A stretch of DNA of 64,000 nt from Cyanobacteria bacterium P01_A01_bin.123 (GTDB lineage: Bacteria; Cyanobacteriota; Cyanobacteriia; Phormidesmidales; Phormidesmidaceae), in the NCBI GenBank assembly GCA_039815185.1, contig JBCBZT010000002.1, positions 191,891 to 255,890 on the forward strand, given 5' to 3'. Shown in pieces: positions 32,086 to 41,875 of this stretch. A program made the translations under genes and the position numbers. Position 1 is the stretch's first letter. Each line of letters opens with the position of its first letter. The notes beneath the pieces were generated by a model. That model was given only the letters and a program-made list of their open reading frames with translations, was not told the origin of the DNA and did no database searches.

Positions 32086-32931
32086 TCATAACAATCCCAA
32101 TTTTATCAAGCTGCGGCGAGTAAGCTCTACCCTGGCTGGCAGATCTGCTTCACTCCTAATGTCGATATTCGTGGCAAAGAAGTAAACATTCTCACCCTGC
32201 TCCACGTAACCGACATACCAACCCGTTTGAGATTGAGTGGCCCAACCTGTCTTGGCACGAATGGTGTAGTCAGGGGTTTGCTCCACAATCATGATGTCTT
32301 TGACCGTGGCCATGACTGCTTCTGAAAAAGGTAAATCGTTATCGTATAAACGCCGCAGAAATTGAATTTGTTCTTGCGGAGTGATGCGGATCTCCCCAGT
32401 TAGCCAGAAGGTATCAATGGCGTCAGCATCGCCGATATTTTGATTGCCATAGCCCACATCAGTCACCCATTGCTGCATGCGCTCATAACCAATGCGGCGG
32501 GCTAAGACCTGATAGAACCAGACCGCTGATACGCGCATGGCGTTTTCCATGTTTTGATCTCGATTCCAAGCAGGGAAACTCCGTTCAATACCATCCCAGG
32601 TCAAAACGTCTAACTCATGGGCGATAACACCCGTTTCTAGAGCGATCATTGAGTTGAGAATTTTGAACGTGGAGGCGGGTAAAAACGGTGTTGTGTTGCG
32701 GTCAGGGTTATGTTGATAGGTGCGATCTTGGTTTAAGTCATGGATGATGATCGAACCTTCTACCCCAAGATCTTGAAAATGCTGGGAGAAGTCGATTTCT
32801 GCTGGATCAGCTTGCTGAGTAATTTGGGGATTTGCAGACTCAAGTGCAGGTTGAGCGTAGGCAAACTGGGTAGAAATGGCGAGCAAGCTACTCGCAGTCA
32901 TCCAACCCATCCAACGGCAGGTGTAATTCAT
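32086..32931 (-). CDS. Class D (OXA-like) beta-lactamase
   Basis: STFK, SAV, YGN, FWL and KTG motifs plus a signal peptide. Confidence 0.9.
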   Translation of the reverse strand: MNYTCRWMGWMTASSLLAISTQFAYAQPALESANPQITQQADPAEIDFSQHFQDLGVEGSIIIHDLNQDRTYQHNPDRNTTPFLPASTFKILNSMIALETGVIAHELDVLTWDGIERSFPAWNRDQNMENAMRVSAVWFYQVLARRIGYERMQQWVTDVGYGNQNIGDADAIDTFWLTGEIRITPQEQIQFLRRLYDNDLPFSEAVMATVKDIMIVEQTPDYTIRAKTGWATQSQTGWYVGYVEQGENVYFFATNIDIRSEADLPARVELTRRSLIKLGLL

Positions 32932-33104
32932 AAATCTGAGGTCCTTACACACAAGAATTTGGGAACTCGGTGCCCTACAGATACACAAACCCTTATTCCG
33001 GATAGACAATCATCTTTTTGAGTAAGTTAGCTGGTTTTGGATAGCTCCAATATTTATTGAATTCGCCTCTCAAAGTATCTTTCATTAGAAAATTCATTGC
33101 GTCC

Positions 33105-33389
33105 CTAGCAGCAATCTTCTTCAACCTGCTCCAGCACATTTAAGGCTTCTGCATCTTCATATTCTTCGAATAAAGAACGAACATTGTTCATTTGACTGCA
33201 AACTACAAAGAGTTCGTCTTGCCCAAGCGCAAGGCTATTCTTTAGTTTGCCTCGAAAGTATTCAGACCAAGGGCTAGGATGAGGGGGGTTATCAGCATAT
33301 TGCTTAACGTAGCTGATAATACAGCGCGATTTAGCATCACAGTCAGTGCCTTCAAAACTAATGTATCGGTTGACATTGTGTTGTGACAT
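33105..33389 (-). CDS. cowN: N2-fixation sustaining protein CowN
   Basis: NRYISFEGTDCD start, W.EYF..KL, DELF, and terminal LEQVEEDCC; 94 aa. Confidence 0.8.
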   Translation of the reverse strand: MSQHNVNRYISFEGTDCDAKSRCIISYVKQYADNPPHPSPWSEYFRGKLKNSLALGQDELFVVCSQMNNVRSLFEEYEDAEALNVLEQVEEDCC

Positions 33390-33748
33390 AATCTTACATT
33401 CCTTTCTGTGATGGGTACCCTGGCTTGCGATTTAAGTAAATTATTTATGGAGAGTAGGAAATAGTCTTATCCTGATGCTGAGTGGAGACATCAGGATATG
33501 AAAGCAAGATAAATCCAGCGGCAAGTTATTGTGCTTTCAAGCCAGGATCGAATATTATTGCCGTAATTTTCAATTAAGAATTGATCACTGTAGTCGCATG
33601 TGGTTTATCCATAACCTGAAGGGCGATCGCATCTGATAGTTTTGACAAGCTATATCAGTTGAGTTGAGTAAATTTAACCCGCTCAAATGAGTACGCTCAC
33701 TGTTTCAAAAACACTGAATTCAGGTTAGTCTCAATCGCTCCGGCTGGA

Positions 33749-33765
33749 TAGACCTCGATCGGGTA
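33749..33765 (-). promoter_or_regulatory. Putative LuxR operator TACCCGATCGAGGTCTA
   Basis: Near-copy of 30017-30033, 28 bp before the ATG of paralog B. Confidence 0.65.
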
Positions 33766-33793
33766 CCTTTTTTAAGCGGCAGGCGTTAATCGA

Positions 33794-34546
33794 ATGGAAA
33801 ACTTTGTAGAAGCTCCTCTCCAGCATTTATTCGAAGCAATTTCCCAGGCGCAAAGTGAAGCTGAACTCAGGTGCTCAATCATGACAAAGGTGGGGCACTA
33901 TTTTGCAGCCAGTCGCTGGGGGTTGCACTTTCGAGATCGATTTGCCCCTCCAGGTAAAAATGCTTCAAATATTATGCAGCTAGCGCTATCGCTAGACTAC
34001 AACCCTGTCCTAAGATATGTGGTTCAACGCCATACGGCTGTCCATGATGAAGTGATTTTGCCGCCCGGCGTTTGGCAGACGATTTGCCCCCGTGCTGATC
34101 ATGGACATGTGATGCTAGGGCCAATTGTCAGTCATAACCAACTGATGGGGGGCATCGCCTTAACGCGTCACCGGGATGCTACAGCCTTTGATGCTAATGA
34201 TTTAGCAGACTTAAGTGCACTATGCCTCCATTTTTCCACCCGACTTTCAACCCTGCGTTCTCAGCACATTGCGTTTGAGTTAGATTGCGATCGCTTCACA
34301 CAACGCGAAGCGCAAATCGCCAACTTGGTTGCTCAGGGATTAACGAATAAAGAAATTGGCAGAGCCTTATGGATTACAGAAAATTCAGTCAAAAAAGCCT
34401 TGAAACGAATGTTTCGGAAACTGCAAGTTTCGTCACGGGCCGAAATGGTAGCACAACTTTCCATAGAGACAGCAAGCGTTTCTGCAAACAAAAGAGACGA
34501 TTCATCTTGGTTAATTATTGGTCGGCTTAATCCTGAGTCTAAATAA
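33794..34546 (+). CDS. GAF-like plus LuxR-HTH regulator (paralog B)
   Basis: WQTICPRADHGHVMLGP, DLADLSALCLH and ITENSVKKALK motifs. Confidence 0.88.
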   Translation: MENFVEAPLQHLFEAISQAQSEAELRCSIMTKVGHYFAASRWGLHFRDRFAPPGKNASNIMQLALSLDYNPVLRYVVQRHTAVHDEVILPPGVWQTICPRADHGHVMLGPIVSHNQLMGGIALTRHRDATAFDANDLADLSALCLHFSTRLSTLRSQHIAFELDCDRFTQREAQIANLVAQGLTNKEIGRALWITENSVKKALKRMFRKLQVSSRAEMVAQLSIETASVSANKRDDSSWLIIGRLNPESK

Positions 34547-34675
34547 AAAACTGAACACCTCCACTGACGATTTATCGTCTCAAAACGTTATGAGGATGCT
34601 CCCCTCTGCTCAGAGTCAATTAGAGTGATAGACGTTTCCTGTCGTGTCCGTTGCTAGCGTTGAAGGAGGGTTGCT

Positions 34676-36631
34676 GTGAACTATTTCACGGAAGTTTTAT
34701 CTGGATTGACTGGCCTCAGCGTCTTTTTGGTGTTGCTGTTGGGATCCCGCTTGCGTCGAGGAAACCAGCAACTCCAGGAGATTGAAGGGGCTAAAGCAAC
34801 TCTCCAAGATACTAATCAATCCCTAACCCAAGATAACCAAAGCCTCAAAGAAGCCTTGGATATAACCCAACAAGTCATCGGTTCGCTAGAGGGACAAATC
34901 CAAACCCTGACCAATCAGGAGGCAACCTTAACCGACAATCTGGCTAAGGCACAAACAGGCGTTTCCCAGGCAGAACAGCAAGTTGAGAAAACACAACAGC
35001 GCCTTGCGGAGGTCACCGCCCAAAAAGCCACTGTGGAAGCAACCTACCAACAAGCTCAGGCAGAGGCCAGCACCTTCAAATCCCAGAAAGCTGCCCTCGA
35101 AAAGGATTTAACGGCTACCCAATCAACCCTTACCACGGTGAGAGCTGATATGACCGCCTTAGAGCAACGGGTCAGCCAATCGATGCTTTCCCTAAAAACG
35201 GTGACCGCCAGTACGACTGCGCTTGAAACACAGCTAACCGACTTAACAACCGATCGCGATCGCGTAGTCGCGGACAAGAAAACTCTGGAGGCAGCGTTAG
35301 CACAAGCCCAAACCGGGATAGCCACGCTAGAACAACAGCTAGCCACTGCTACCCAACAGGCAGAAGAGAGCAAACAAGCCCAGTTGCAACAAGCAAAGAC
35401 ACACCAACAGGAATTGACAGCGCTCACCAGCCAAAATCAGGGCCTGGTCAAAGAATTGGCAACTAGTCAAGCCGCTCTCCCCCCTTTAGAGCAACAAGTG
35501 GCTGATCTGCTAACGAACCAACAACAGCTTGAACGAGCTTTAGAAACCGCTAGGGCAACTCAGGCTGATCTAACGTCAGCGTCCACAGACCAAGAAACGG
35601 CCTTAGCGACAGCCCTGGAGCAGGCTCAAGCTGAAGTGACCCAGGCTAGAGAGCAGACCCAGGCAACCCAGCAACAGTTGACCACCTTGATCGCCCAGAA
35701 AGCCACCGCCGAGGAAAATTACAGTCAGGCTCAAACCGAGATCAGTGCCCTCCAAGCCCAGAACACTAACCTTGAGGAAGCGCTCAAAACCTCCCAAGCC
35801 GCCTTGGGTACTCTAGAGGCTCAAATTAATTCGCTTGAGCAAGAGGTTAACCACACAACCCAATCCCTAGAGACGACGACAACCCAAGTCGCCACGTTGG
35901 AAGCTGAAATTGCGACGTTGACGGCGGATCGCGATCGCGCAACGGATGACTTGCAACAGGCTAACCAAACGGTGGCGCAATTAGAGAGCCAAGTCCAAGC
36001 GCTACAAACTGCCCTAGACTCGACACCCCAAAACGAGCCCCAAGCAGCAATCCAGCCAGTTCCCTCAGAAGCTCTAGATGATATCGAAGATCAGATTAAA
36101 GCTGCTGCATCGGTCGAGTCACCTGAGGCAGTAGAGCCCACATCTGTCCCAGAAACCGTTGACAATCAGCGCGTTGAGACCGCAGACGCAGTTGCCCCCC
36201 CACTAAGCGCAGATGAGGCTGAAACCGCATCAGAAGTGCCAATGATTGAAGCCCAGGCTAAAACTGCACCACCGGAAAAGGCAACTCCCACCGAAGCGGC
36301 GGCGGCTGAAAAAATCACTGGCCCAGCCCCCTCAACTGCTGAGGCGTCTTCCTCAACTTCAGATAGTCCACTCCCTGACCCTAACTCCCAACCCTTTGAA
36401 GGAAAGGCCGTCGTGGTTACAGGTCGTCTCTCTAGCCTTTCACCCCAACAGATTGAAAAACTGATCGTAGAAGCAGGCGGTAAGGTAACCAAAATGCCCA
36501 GTACCAAGACTGGCTATATCGTTGTGGGCAATAATCCTGGTAGTAAGCTCAAAAAAGCCGAGAAATACAATATTCCCCAACTCAGTGAAGCAGAGTTTTT
36601 AGCACTGCTGGGCATTTCACCTGAAGATTAG
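34676..36631 (+). CDS. Membrane-anchored coiled-coil protein with C-terminal BRCT domain
   Basis: N-terminal hydrophobic helix, ~420 aa of Q/T/A/L heptads, P/A/E linker, then GKAVVVTGRL...GGKV...GSKLKKA. Confidence 0.85.
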   Translation: MNYFTEVLSGLTGLSVFLVLLLGSRLRRGNQQLQEIEGAKATLQDTNQSLTQDNQSLKEALDITQQVIGSLEGQIQTLTNQEATLTDNLAKAQTGVSQAEQQVEKTQQRLAEVTAQKATVEATYQQAQAEASTFKSQKAALEKDLTATQSTLTTVRADMTALEQRVSQSMLSLKTVTASTTALETQLTDLTTDRDRVVADKKTLEAALAQAQTGIATLEQQLATATQQAEESKQAQLQQAKTHQQELTALTSQNQGLVKELATSQAALPPLEQQVADLLTNQQQLERALETARATQADLTSASTDQETALATALEQAQAEVTQAREQTQATQQQLTTLIAQKATAEENYSQAQTEISALQAQNTNLEEALKTSQAALGTLEAQINSLEQEVNHTTQSLETTTTQVATLEAEIATLTADRDRATDDLQQANQTVAQLESQVQALQTALDSTPQNEPQAAIQPVPSEALDDIEDQIKAAASVESPEAVEPTSVPETVDNQRVETADAVAPPLSADEAETASEVPMIEAQAKTAPPEKATPTEAAAAEKITGPAPSTAEASSSTSDSPLPDPNSQPFEGKAVVVTGRLSSLSPQQIEKLIVEAGGKVTKMPSTKTGYIVVGNNPGSKLKKAEKYNIPQLSEAEFLALLGISPED

Positions 36632-36694
36632 CATGCTGCCAGTGGGGATGCCGCCAATTTTGGATTTTAGATTGACGATCAGGACTGACTATCC

Positions 36695-38236
36695 TCACCC
36701 CCGCAATGCTTTCTTATCGAGTTTACCGAGTGGGGTATAAGGAAGCTGATCCCGGAACTCGATGACAGCAGGCATCTGATAACGGGCAATGCGGGGTTTC
36801 AACCAGTTGAGCAAGCTGGATTGGTCAAGCACTGTGTCTTTTTTTCTAATCACGACAGCTTTCAATCGCTGGCCAAATTCCTGATCAGGAATGCCAAAAA
36901 CCGCTGTCGAGTCTATGTCAGGGTGCTGAATCAGAACGTTTTCTAGTTCAATTGGGTAAACATTTTCGCCACCGGAGACGATCATGTCATCGACTCGACC
37001 ACAGAGAAATATATCCCCCTGCGGATCTCGATAAGCGCGATCGCCTGTCTCTATCCAATGGTTCTGGCTGGTAGACCAGGCACTACGAATACAAAGGCGG
37101 CCGATCGCCCCATCGCTAACCTCCTGATCAGAGTCGTCAACAATTTTGGCGCGGACACCCTGAACGGGTTGACCAATAGACTCGGGTTTTTGGCTCAATA
37201 TGACTGGCGTCCCCATGATGCAAAACCCGGCTTCCGAAGTGCCATACAAATTGAACAATTTCGGCCCCAGCCGATCGAGTGTCTCCCGCGCCAGCACCGG
37301 GCTGAGCGCAGCCCCCCCAGAAAGAATGCGCTGCAGTGACGACAACGCCCCTGGGTCATGCTTGAGCAGCCGCTGCAGCATTAATGGCACCAGCGTCACC
37401 GCCTCAATCTGATTTCTAGCAATCAATTCACAGGCCTGCGCTGCATCGAATCGCTGGGTGACATACATTTCAGCCCCAAGCACGATACCGATTAATAGCG
37501 ACGCTAAGCCGAAACCATGATAGATGGGGGTCGCGATATAGACCGAACGATATCTGTCGAGATGTATCTGACAGAGTAAGGCAACGAAGGGCGGCAAAAA
37601 ACTAAAAATAGAAGGTTTACGACTGGCGGGCTTTGGCAGCCCCGTGGTGCCGCCCGTCATCACCACAAGGTTGCCCGTTTTGACTTTTTTCAGATTGACT
37701 TTTTTCAGACGGGCATTCCCCCGTTTAGGTAGCGAAGATATTCGGTCGATAGAAGGGGCACTGGGATGATAAGCCGGGAGAGCGTGATATCGCAACGCTG
37801 AATCTTCAAGACTCTGAGAGAGCGGTGCATCGTAGATGTAGAAATCGAACCTCAACCGTTCCGCCAAGGCCAAAATCTGGTCTGCACTCATCTCAGGGTT
37901 GATCAGAAAAACATGGGCCCCCAGTCGTGAGACCGCAAATATGGCTTTGATCGCTGCGGCGTGGTTCCGGCAGGCGATCGCGACGTGTTGCCGATGATGG
38001 ATACCATAATCGACCTGCAACGCGATCGCTAACGATTCAGCCTGCTGCCACAGCTGGGGATAACTCAACCGTTCTTGATCATCGATCACCGCAGTGCGAC
38101 GGGGGTGCAATTTAGCCGCGAGGCGTAACAGTGCCATCAGATTGATGCCTGTTGTGATCACCGCTTCGAGCAGACGAAACACGCCAACAAAGGTTAGCAG
38201 ATGTGTACGGTACAGTTTCTTGATCAGCAGAATCAT
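36695..38236 (-). CDS. AMP-binding acyl-CoA synthetase
   Basis: TGGTTGLPK, YGTSE, TGD, GRVDDMIVSGGENVYP and GK motifs. Confidence 0.92.
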   Translation of the reverse strand: MILLIKKLYRTHLLTFVGVFRLLEAVITTGINLMALLRLAAKLHPRRTAVIDDQERLSYPQLWQQAESLAIALQVDYGIHHRQHVAIACRNHAAAIKAIFAVSRLGAHVFLINPEMSADQILALAERLRFDFYIYDAPLSQSLEDSALRYHALPAYHPSAPSIDRISSLPKRGNARLKKVNLKKVKTGNLVVMTGGTTGLPKPASRKPSIFSFLPPFVALLCQIHLDRYRSVYIATPIYHGFGLASLLIGIVLGAEMYVTQRFDAAQACELIARNQIEAVTLVPLMLQRLLKHDPGALSSLQRILSGGAALSPVLARETLDRLGPKLFNLYGTSEAGFCIMGTPVILSQKPESIGQPVQGVRAKIVDDSDQEVSDGAIGRLCIRSAWSTSQNHWIETGDRAYRDPQGDIFLCGRVDDMIVSGGENVYPIELENVLIQHPDIDSTAVFGIPDQEFGQRLKAVVIRKKDTVLDQSSLLNWLKPRIARYQMPAVIEFRDQLPYTPLGKLDKKALRG

Positions 38237-38243
38237 GATGTCT

Positions 38244-39074
38244 CTACCGTTTTCGTTGCCAGCGCCTACTTGTGATCACTTCCAAAAACCAACGGAAAAT
38301 TACGGACGCCAGTTGCCCCCCCATCAGCCACCAAGGGGCATAGGTACGCTTGCGTGAAATAATTGCTTTACAGATCAGCTGGGCAACCTGCTCAGGCTGC
38401 ATCGCGGGCATGTTTTTATACGCTTCAGTCGGCGCGATCATTCTTGTACGCACCAGCGGCAGATAGATCGACGTCGTCCTCAGACCACGGGCGTTCAATT
38501 CTGGGCCTACACAGCGGAACCATTGGTCGAATGCTGTTTTCGAGGCCTGATAGGCTGCCCATTTCGGTGCTGGTATCAGCAGCACGTTCACGGCAGAGAC
38601 ATTGATAATGTGGCCCTGTCGGGTCACCAAAGTTGGAATCAAAGAGAGCATGAGTTGCACCGGCCCAAAATAATTCAGGTTCATCGTGCGTGTAAAGTCA
38701 TGCAGGCGATCGAGGGAGTCAAAAATCGAGCGTCGGATCGATTTCCCCGCATTGCTGACCAAAATATCGATGCCACCCGGATGTTGATGCAGTGTCGCCA
38801 GCAGGGCTTGAACGTCGGCAGCATTTCTTAAATCGCAGGGGAAAATATCGGCGCGTCCCCCTTTGGCTTCGACCCGTTGTTTGACCACCATCAGCTTCTC
38901 TGTGGTGCGGGCCACCAAAAGCAAATGGGCTTGCGTCTCGGCCAGACGCTCCGCCAAGCACTCGCCAATGCCGTAACTCGCGCCTGTGATCAGCACAGTC
39001 TTCCCTGCTAAACGGCGTTGGAGCTTAGCACGACTGAACCCGAGGAATGGGAAAAAAAGAAGTTGCATCCTCAT
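38244..39074 (-). CDS. SDR, Acr1-like fatty acyl-CoA reductase
   Basis: TGASYGIG, NAGKSIRRS...DRLHDFTRTMNLNYFG, YQASK and PLVRTRMIAPT motifs. Confidence 0.75.
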   Translation of the reverse strand: MRMQLLFFPFLGFSRAKLQRRLAGKTVLITGASYGIGECLAERLAETQAHLLLVARTTEKLMVVKQRVEAKGGRADIFPCDLRNAADVQALLATLHQHPGGIDILVSNAGKSIRRSIFDSLDRLHDFTRTMNLNYFGPVQLMLSLIPTLVTRQGHIINVSAVNVLLIPAPKWAAYQASKTAFDQWFRCVGPELNARGLRTTSIYLPLVRTRMIAPTEAYKNMPAMQPEQVAQLICKAIISRKRTYAPWWLMGGQLASVIFRWFLEVITSRRWQRKR

Positions 39075-39237
39075 GGGTTGATGTTACTCTGCAATGTCTG
39101 CACCGTGAAAGCGCTAAAGATACTGCTTGGATCGAGCATCAGAGTCAGCTTTTAATTGATTTACTGACAGCTGCATGATTAAGAATTTGCGGTGAGCCAA
39201 AGAATAACGAACGTTCGATTTTAAATCATTCGGGAGT

Positions 39238-39564
39238 GTGAAAATGACGTTGACCACAATTGCGGTTTTTTGCCATCGGCCCAGCCGCACTCTGATTCTC
39301 ACCGACACCGCATTCAACTTTGACCAAAACAATCGCCTTACTATGCGACTCGCAGCTCAGGTCTTAGGATCTTACAAAACCCTACGTCCCTCTCGATTAG
39401 AAAAATGGGGCAGTCGCGATAAGGCTGCGGTAGAAGCTTCAGTGCGGCAAGTATTGGCTTGGGATTTTGATCGCGTCATTCCTGGGCATGGTTCCATTGT
39501 GGAAACAGGGGGTAAGGAGGCGTTCAAGACTGGATATGAATGGTTCCTGGATAAGGCCCTATGA
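39238..39564 (+). pseudogene. C-terminal half of a DUF4336 protein
   Basis: FCHRPSRTLILTD and WDFDRVIPGHG; no N-terminal half upstream. Confidence 0.65.
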
Positions 39565-39593
39565 GATCAATAGATCAATCAAGAGAGCAATCC

Positions 39594-39977
39594 TCACTGG
39601 GGCTGAAAAAAGGGTTGCAATAAACGCCAGTGCCACCGTGCTTGCGGCTTAGGGCGATGTACAGTTTTGGCAGGATTGGGATCAAATGGCTCTGTCCAAA
39701 ACGTTAGGGCATACCAGGTGGCAGGGTCAAACACGGCCGTTTCGTCGAGGCCGAGTTGCTTTTGGAATTTCAGAATGGCCTTTTCGGTATCAGGCCCAAA
39801 GTAACCATCGACGGGGCTATTGTAAAACAAGAGTTCTTTCAGTGCCCGTTGCAGTGACTGAACCGCAAAGCCGGTGTCTCCTAGCTTGAGCAGCTCTGGC
39901 TCTAGGCAATCAATGACTTCTCTAAGTTGCATGGTGATGGGGGCGATCTCGCAGAGTGGGGACATCTGTGTGGGCAA
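39594..39977 (-). CDS. Peptidoglycan-binding domain protein
   Basis: LKLGDTGFAVQSLQRAL...DGYFGPDTEKAILKFQ. Start codon uncertain. Confidence 0.8.
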   Translation of the reverse strand: MPTQMSPLCEIAPITMQLREVIDCLEPELLKLGDTGFAVQSLQRALKELLFYNSPVDGYFGPDTEKAILKFQKQLGLDETAVFDPATWYALTFWTEPFDPNPAKTVHRPKPQARWHWRLLQPFFQPQ

Positions 39978-40115
39978 GACTATCGTCTGCCCATTCTGCG
40001 ATTTGGGGGGTGATGGCGTTGTACGTTTGTTGTGATAGTTTTGGGGTTTTCCGGTGTTGTGGCTCCTCTTCAGTCGTGACGAGAGGCCGAGTTAAGGATG
40101 ACTGTGGTCACAAGA

Positions 40116-40970
40116 TCAGCTGAGTTGCAGAAATTGCCTGATCGCCTCAAGGTCATGATCGGCTTGCGCTTGATTGCCACCGTAACTAATCAAGTGTCGT
40201 TTCCCAGAGGTTCTTTGAAATGCGATTGAATAATGCTTACTCTGTTTAGATGTCCAGGTTTTGAGGGTGACGTCAGCAACCTCTGAAAGTGCAAATTGAG
40301 TTGTGCTGATCGACCCAAATAGCGTTTTAAGTTGATAACGATACTGGCCTGACACCCCATCAAGCATCAACCTCTCTTGGGTGACGATTAACATCTTGAC
40401 CCCCATGAGCAGCAAGAAAATGTTGACGCCTGCCAGGGATATAAACGAGAAGAGATTGGGCCAACGACCTGGGACGTCTAGTCTTTGGGTATCGTCTATT
40501 TGCAGCACCAATGAAGGAGCCTGTGAGGTAATGAAGGTTTGGATTTGAGCCGCGATCTGCTGCTCTTGGCTCTCTGCAAAGTGGAGACGGGTGAACGGGG
40601 TGCGATCGCCCCCTCGATTCACTAAAATCACCTGATGGGTTTTGCAGTGGAGGTTGCCGTCACCGACCGCTTTACAGTTAGTTGACTCTACTTCGGCGCT
40701 AGTGACAGCTTTGACTGACTGATCGGGCTGTGGCAAGAAGCCCAAAAAACTGTCAATGCTCAAATTACAGTCAATGGATGCCGACTCAGTTCCAGGATTG
40801 ATACGCTGACAGGTCAAAGTTCGATAACTGATATCGCGGTATGACTTGATGGCTGGCAATACCATGTTGTAAAGCAGCCAACCCGAAAATAAGAACACAA
40901 ACACGGCATGGGTGCGACTTGGGCCTTTAACTCGCAGCGTCAGTTCTGATTTGGTTTGTCTGATAATCAT
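40116..40970 (-). CDS. Hypothetical two-TM membrane protein
   Basis: Two hydrophobic helices flanking a Cys-containing loop. Confidence 0.7.
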   Translation of the reverse strand: MIIRQTKSELTLRVKGPSRTHAVFVFLFSGWLLYNMVLPAIKSYRDISYRTLTCQRINPGTESASIDCNLSIDSFLGFLPQPDQSVKAVTSAEVESTNCKAVGDGNLHCKTHQVILVNRGGDRTPFTRLHFAESQEQQIAAQIQTFITSQAPSLVLQIDDTQRLDVPGRWPNLFSFISLAGVNIFLLLMGVKMLIVTQERLMLDGVSGQYRYQLKTLFGSISTTQFALSEVADVTLKTWTSKQSKHYSIAFQRTSGKRHLISYGGNQAQADHDLEAIRQFLQLS

Positions 40971-41152
40971 GGGACAAGCCCGTGTGTTGATCTCGATTGA
41001 CGAGTGAGTGAGGTGAGTGGCGATTTCTTTGAGGCGATCGCCCCCAGAAACGGACCCACACCACAAGCATAATCAACACTTGCAAGCTGGATAATTACGC
41101 AATGTGAATGGGCAGATGGCTCAACCCCATGAATGATGATAGTTTCAGCTCA

Positions 41153-41203
41153 ATAGTTTTTCCTTTAAGCTAAAACTCCAGGTTTCAAATCGGATGTGGT
41201 TTA
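41153..41203. repeat. ~74-bp dispersed hairpin repeat, partial copy 3
   Basis: ATAGTTTTTCCTTTAAGCTAAAACTCCAGGTTTCAAATCGGATGTGGTTTA. Confidence 0.8.
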
Positions 41204-41230
41204 GTGAATTCTGTAGGACGAGATTGAGAT

Positions 41231-41812
41231 ATGCCACAGCAAAAAGATCTCAAAAGGGTTGAAGTGAAATCAATAAAAGAATTACGCCAGTGGTTTGAGG
41301 AAAATCATGCACAAAAAGAGTCTATTTGGCTTGTGACGTATAAGAAAAATGTGCCTAACAAATATGTGTCTATCCAAGCGGTTTTAGACGAAGTCCTTTG
41401 TTTTGGCTGGATGGACGGACGACGGATGAAGCTAGACGATGAACGAACTATGCAGCTTTTATCGCCGCGCAAAACTGAGCACTGGTCGAAGACCTATAAA
41501 GATCGTGTCGCTATTCTGACGACAGAAGGCCGTATGCATGAAGCGGGTTTAAGCGCTGTAGAAACTGCCAAAAAGAATGGCATGTGGGACTTTTTGAACG
41601 ATGTAGATGCTTTAATCAAGCCCGATGATCTCATTGAAGTGCTGGAAAACAGCCCCCCTGCGTTGGAAAATTATGAGATGTTTCCCGATTCTGCCAAACG
41701 CGACATTCTGAGGTGGATTAAGCTAGCCAAAAAGCCTGAAACGCGTGCTAAGCGGATTCGAGAAACGGCAGAACTGGCCGCCCAAAACAAACGTGCTTCA
41801 GGAACAAAATAA
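41231..41812 (+). CDS. YdeI/OmpD-associated family protein
   Basis: LCFGWMDG, SPRK..HWS and AKKPETRAKRI motifs. Confidence 0.85.
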   Translation: MPQQKDLKRVEVKSIKELRQWFEENHAQKESIWLVTYKKNVPNKYVSIQAVLDEVLCFGWMDGRRMKLDDERTMQLLSPRKTEHWSKTYKDRVAILTTEGRMHEAGLSAVETAKKNGMWDFLNDVDALIKPDDLIEVLENSPPALENYEMFPDSAKRDILRWIKLAKKPETRAKRIRETAELAAQNKRASGTK

Positions 41813-41875
41813 CCTAGTCTATGACCTGGCAAACTCTTGCACATCGACATTGCAAGGAGCTTAGTAGTACCCCCT

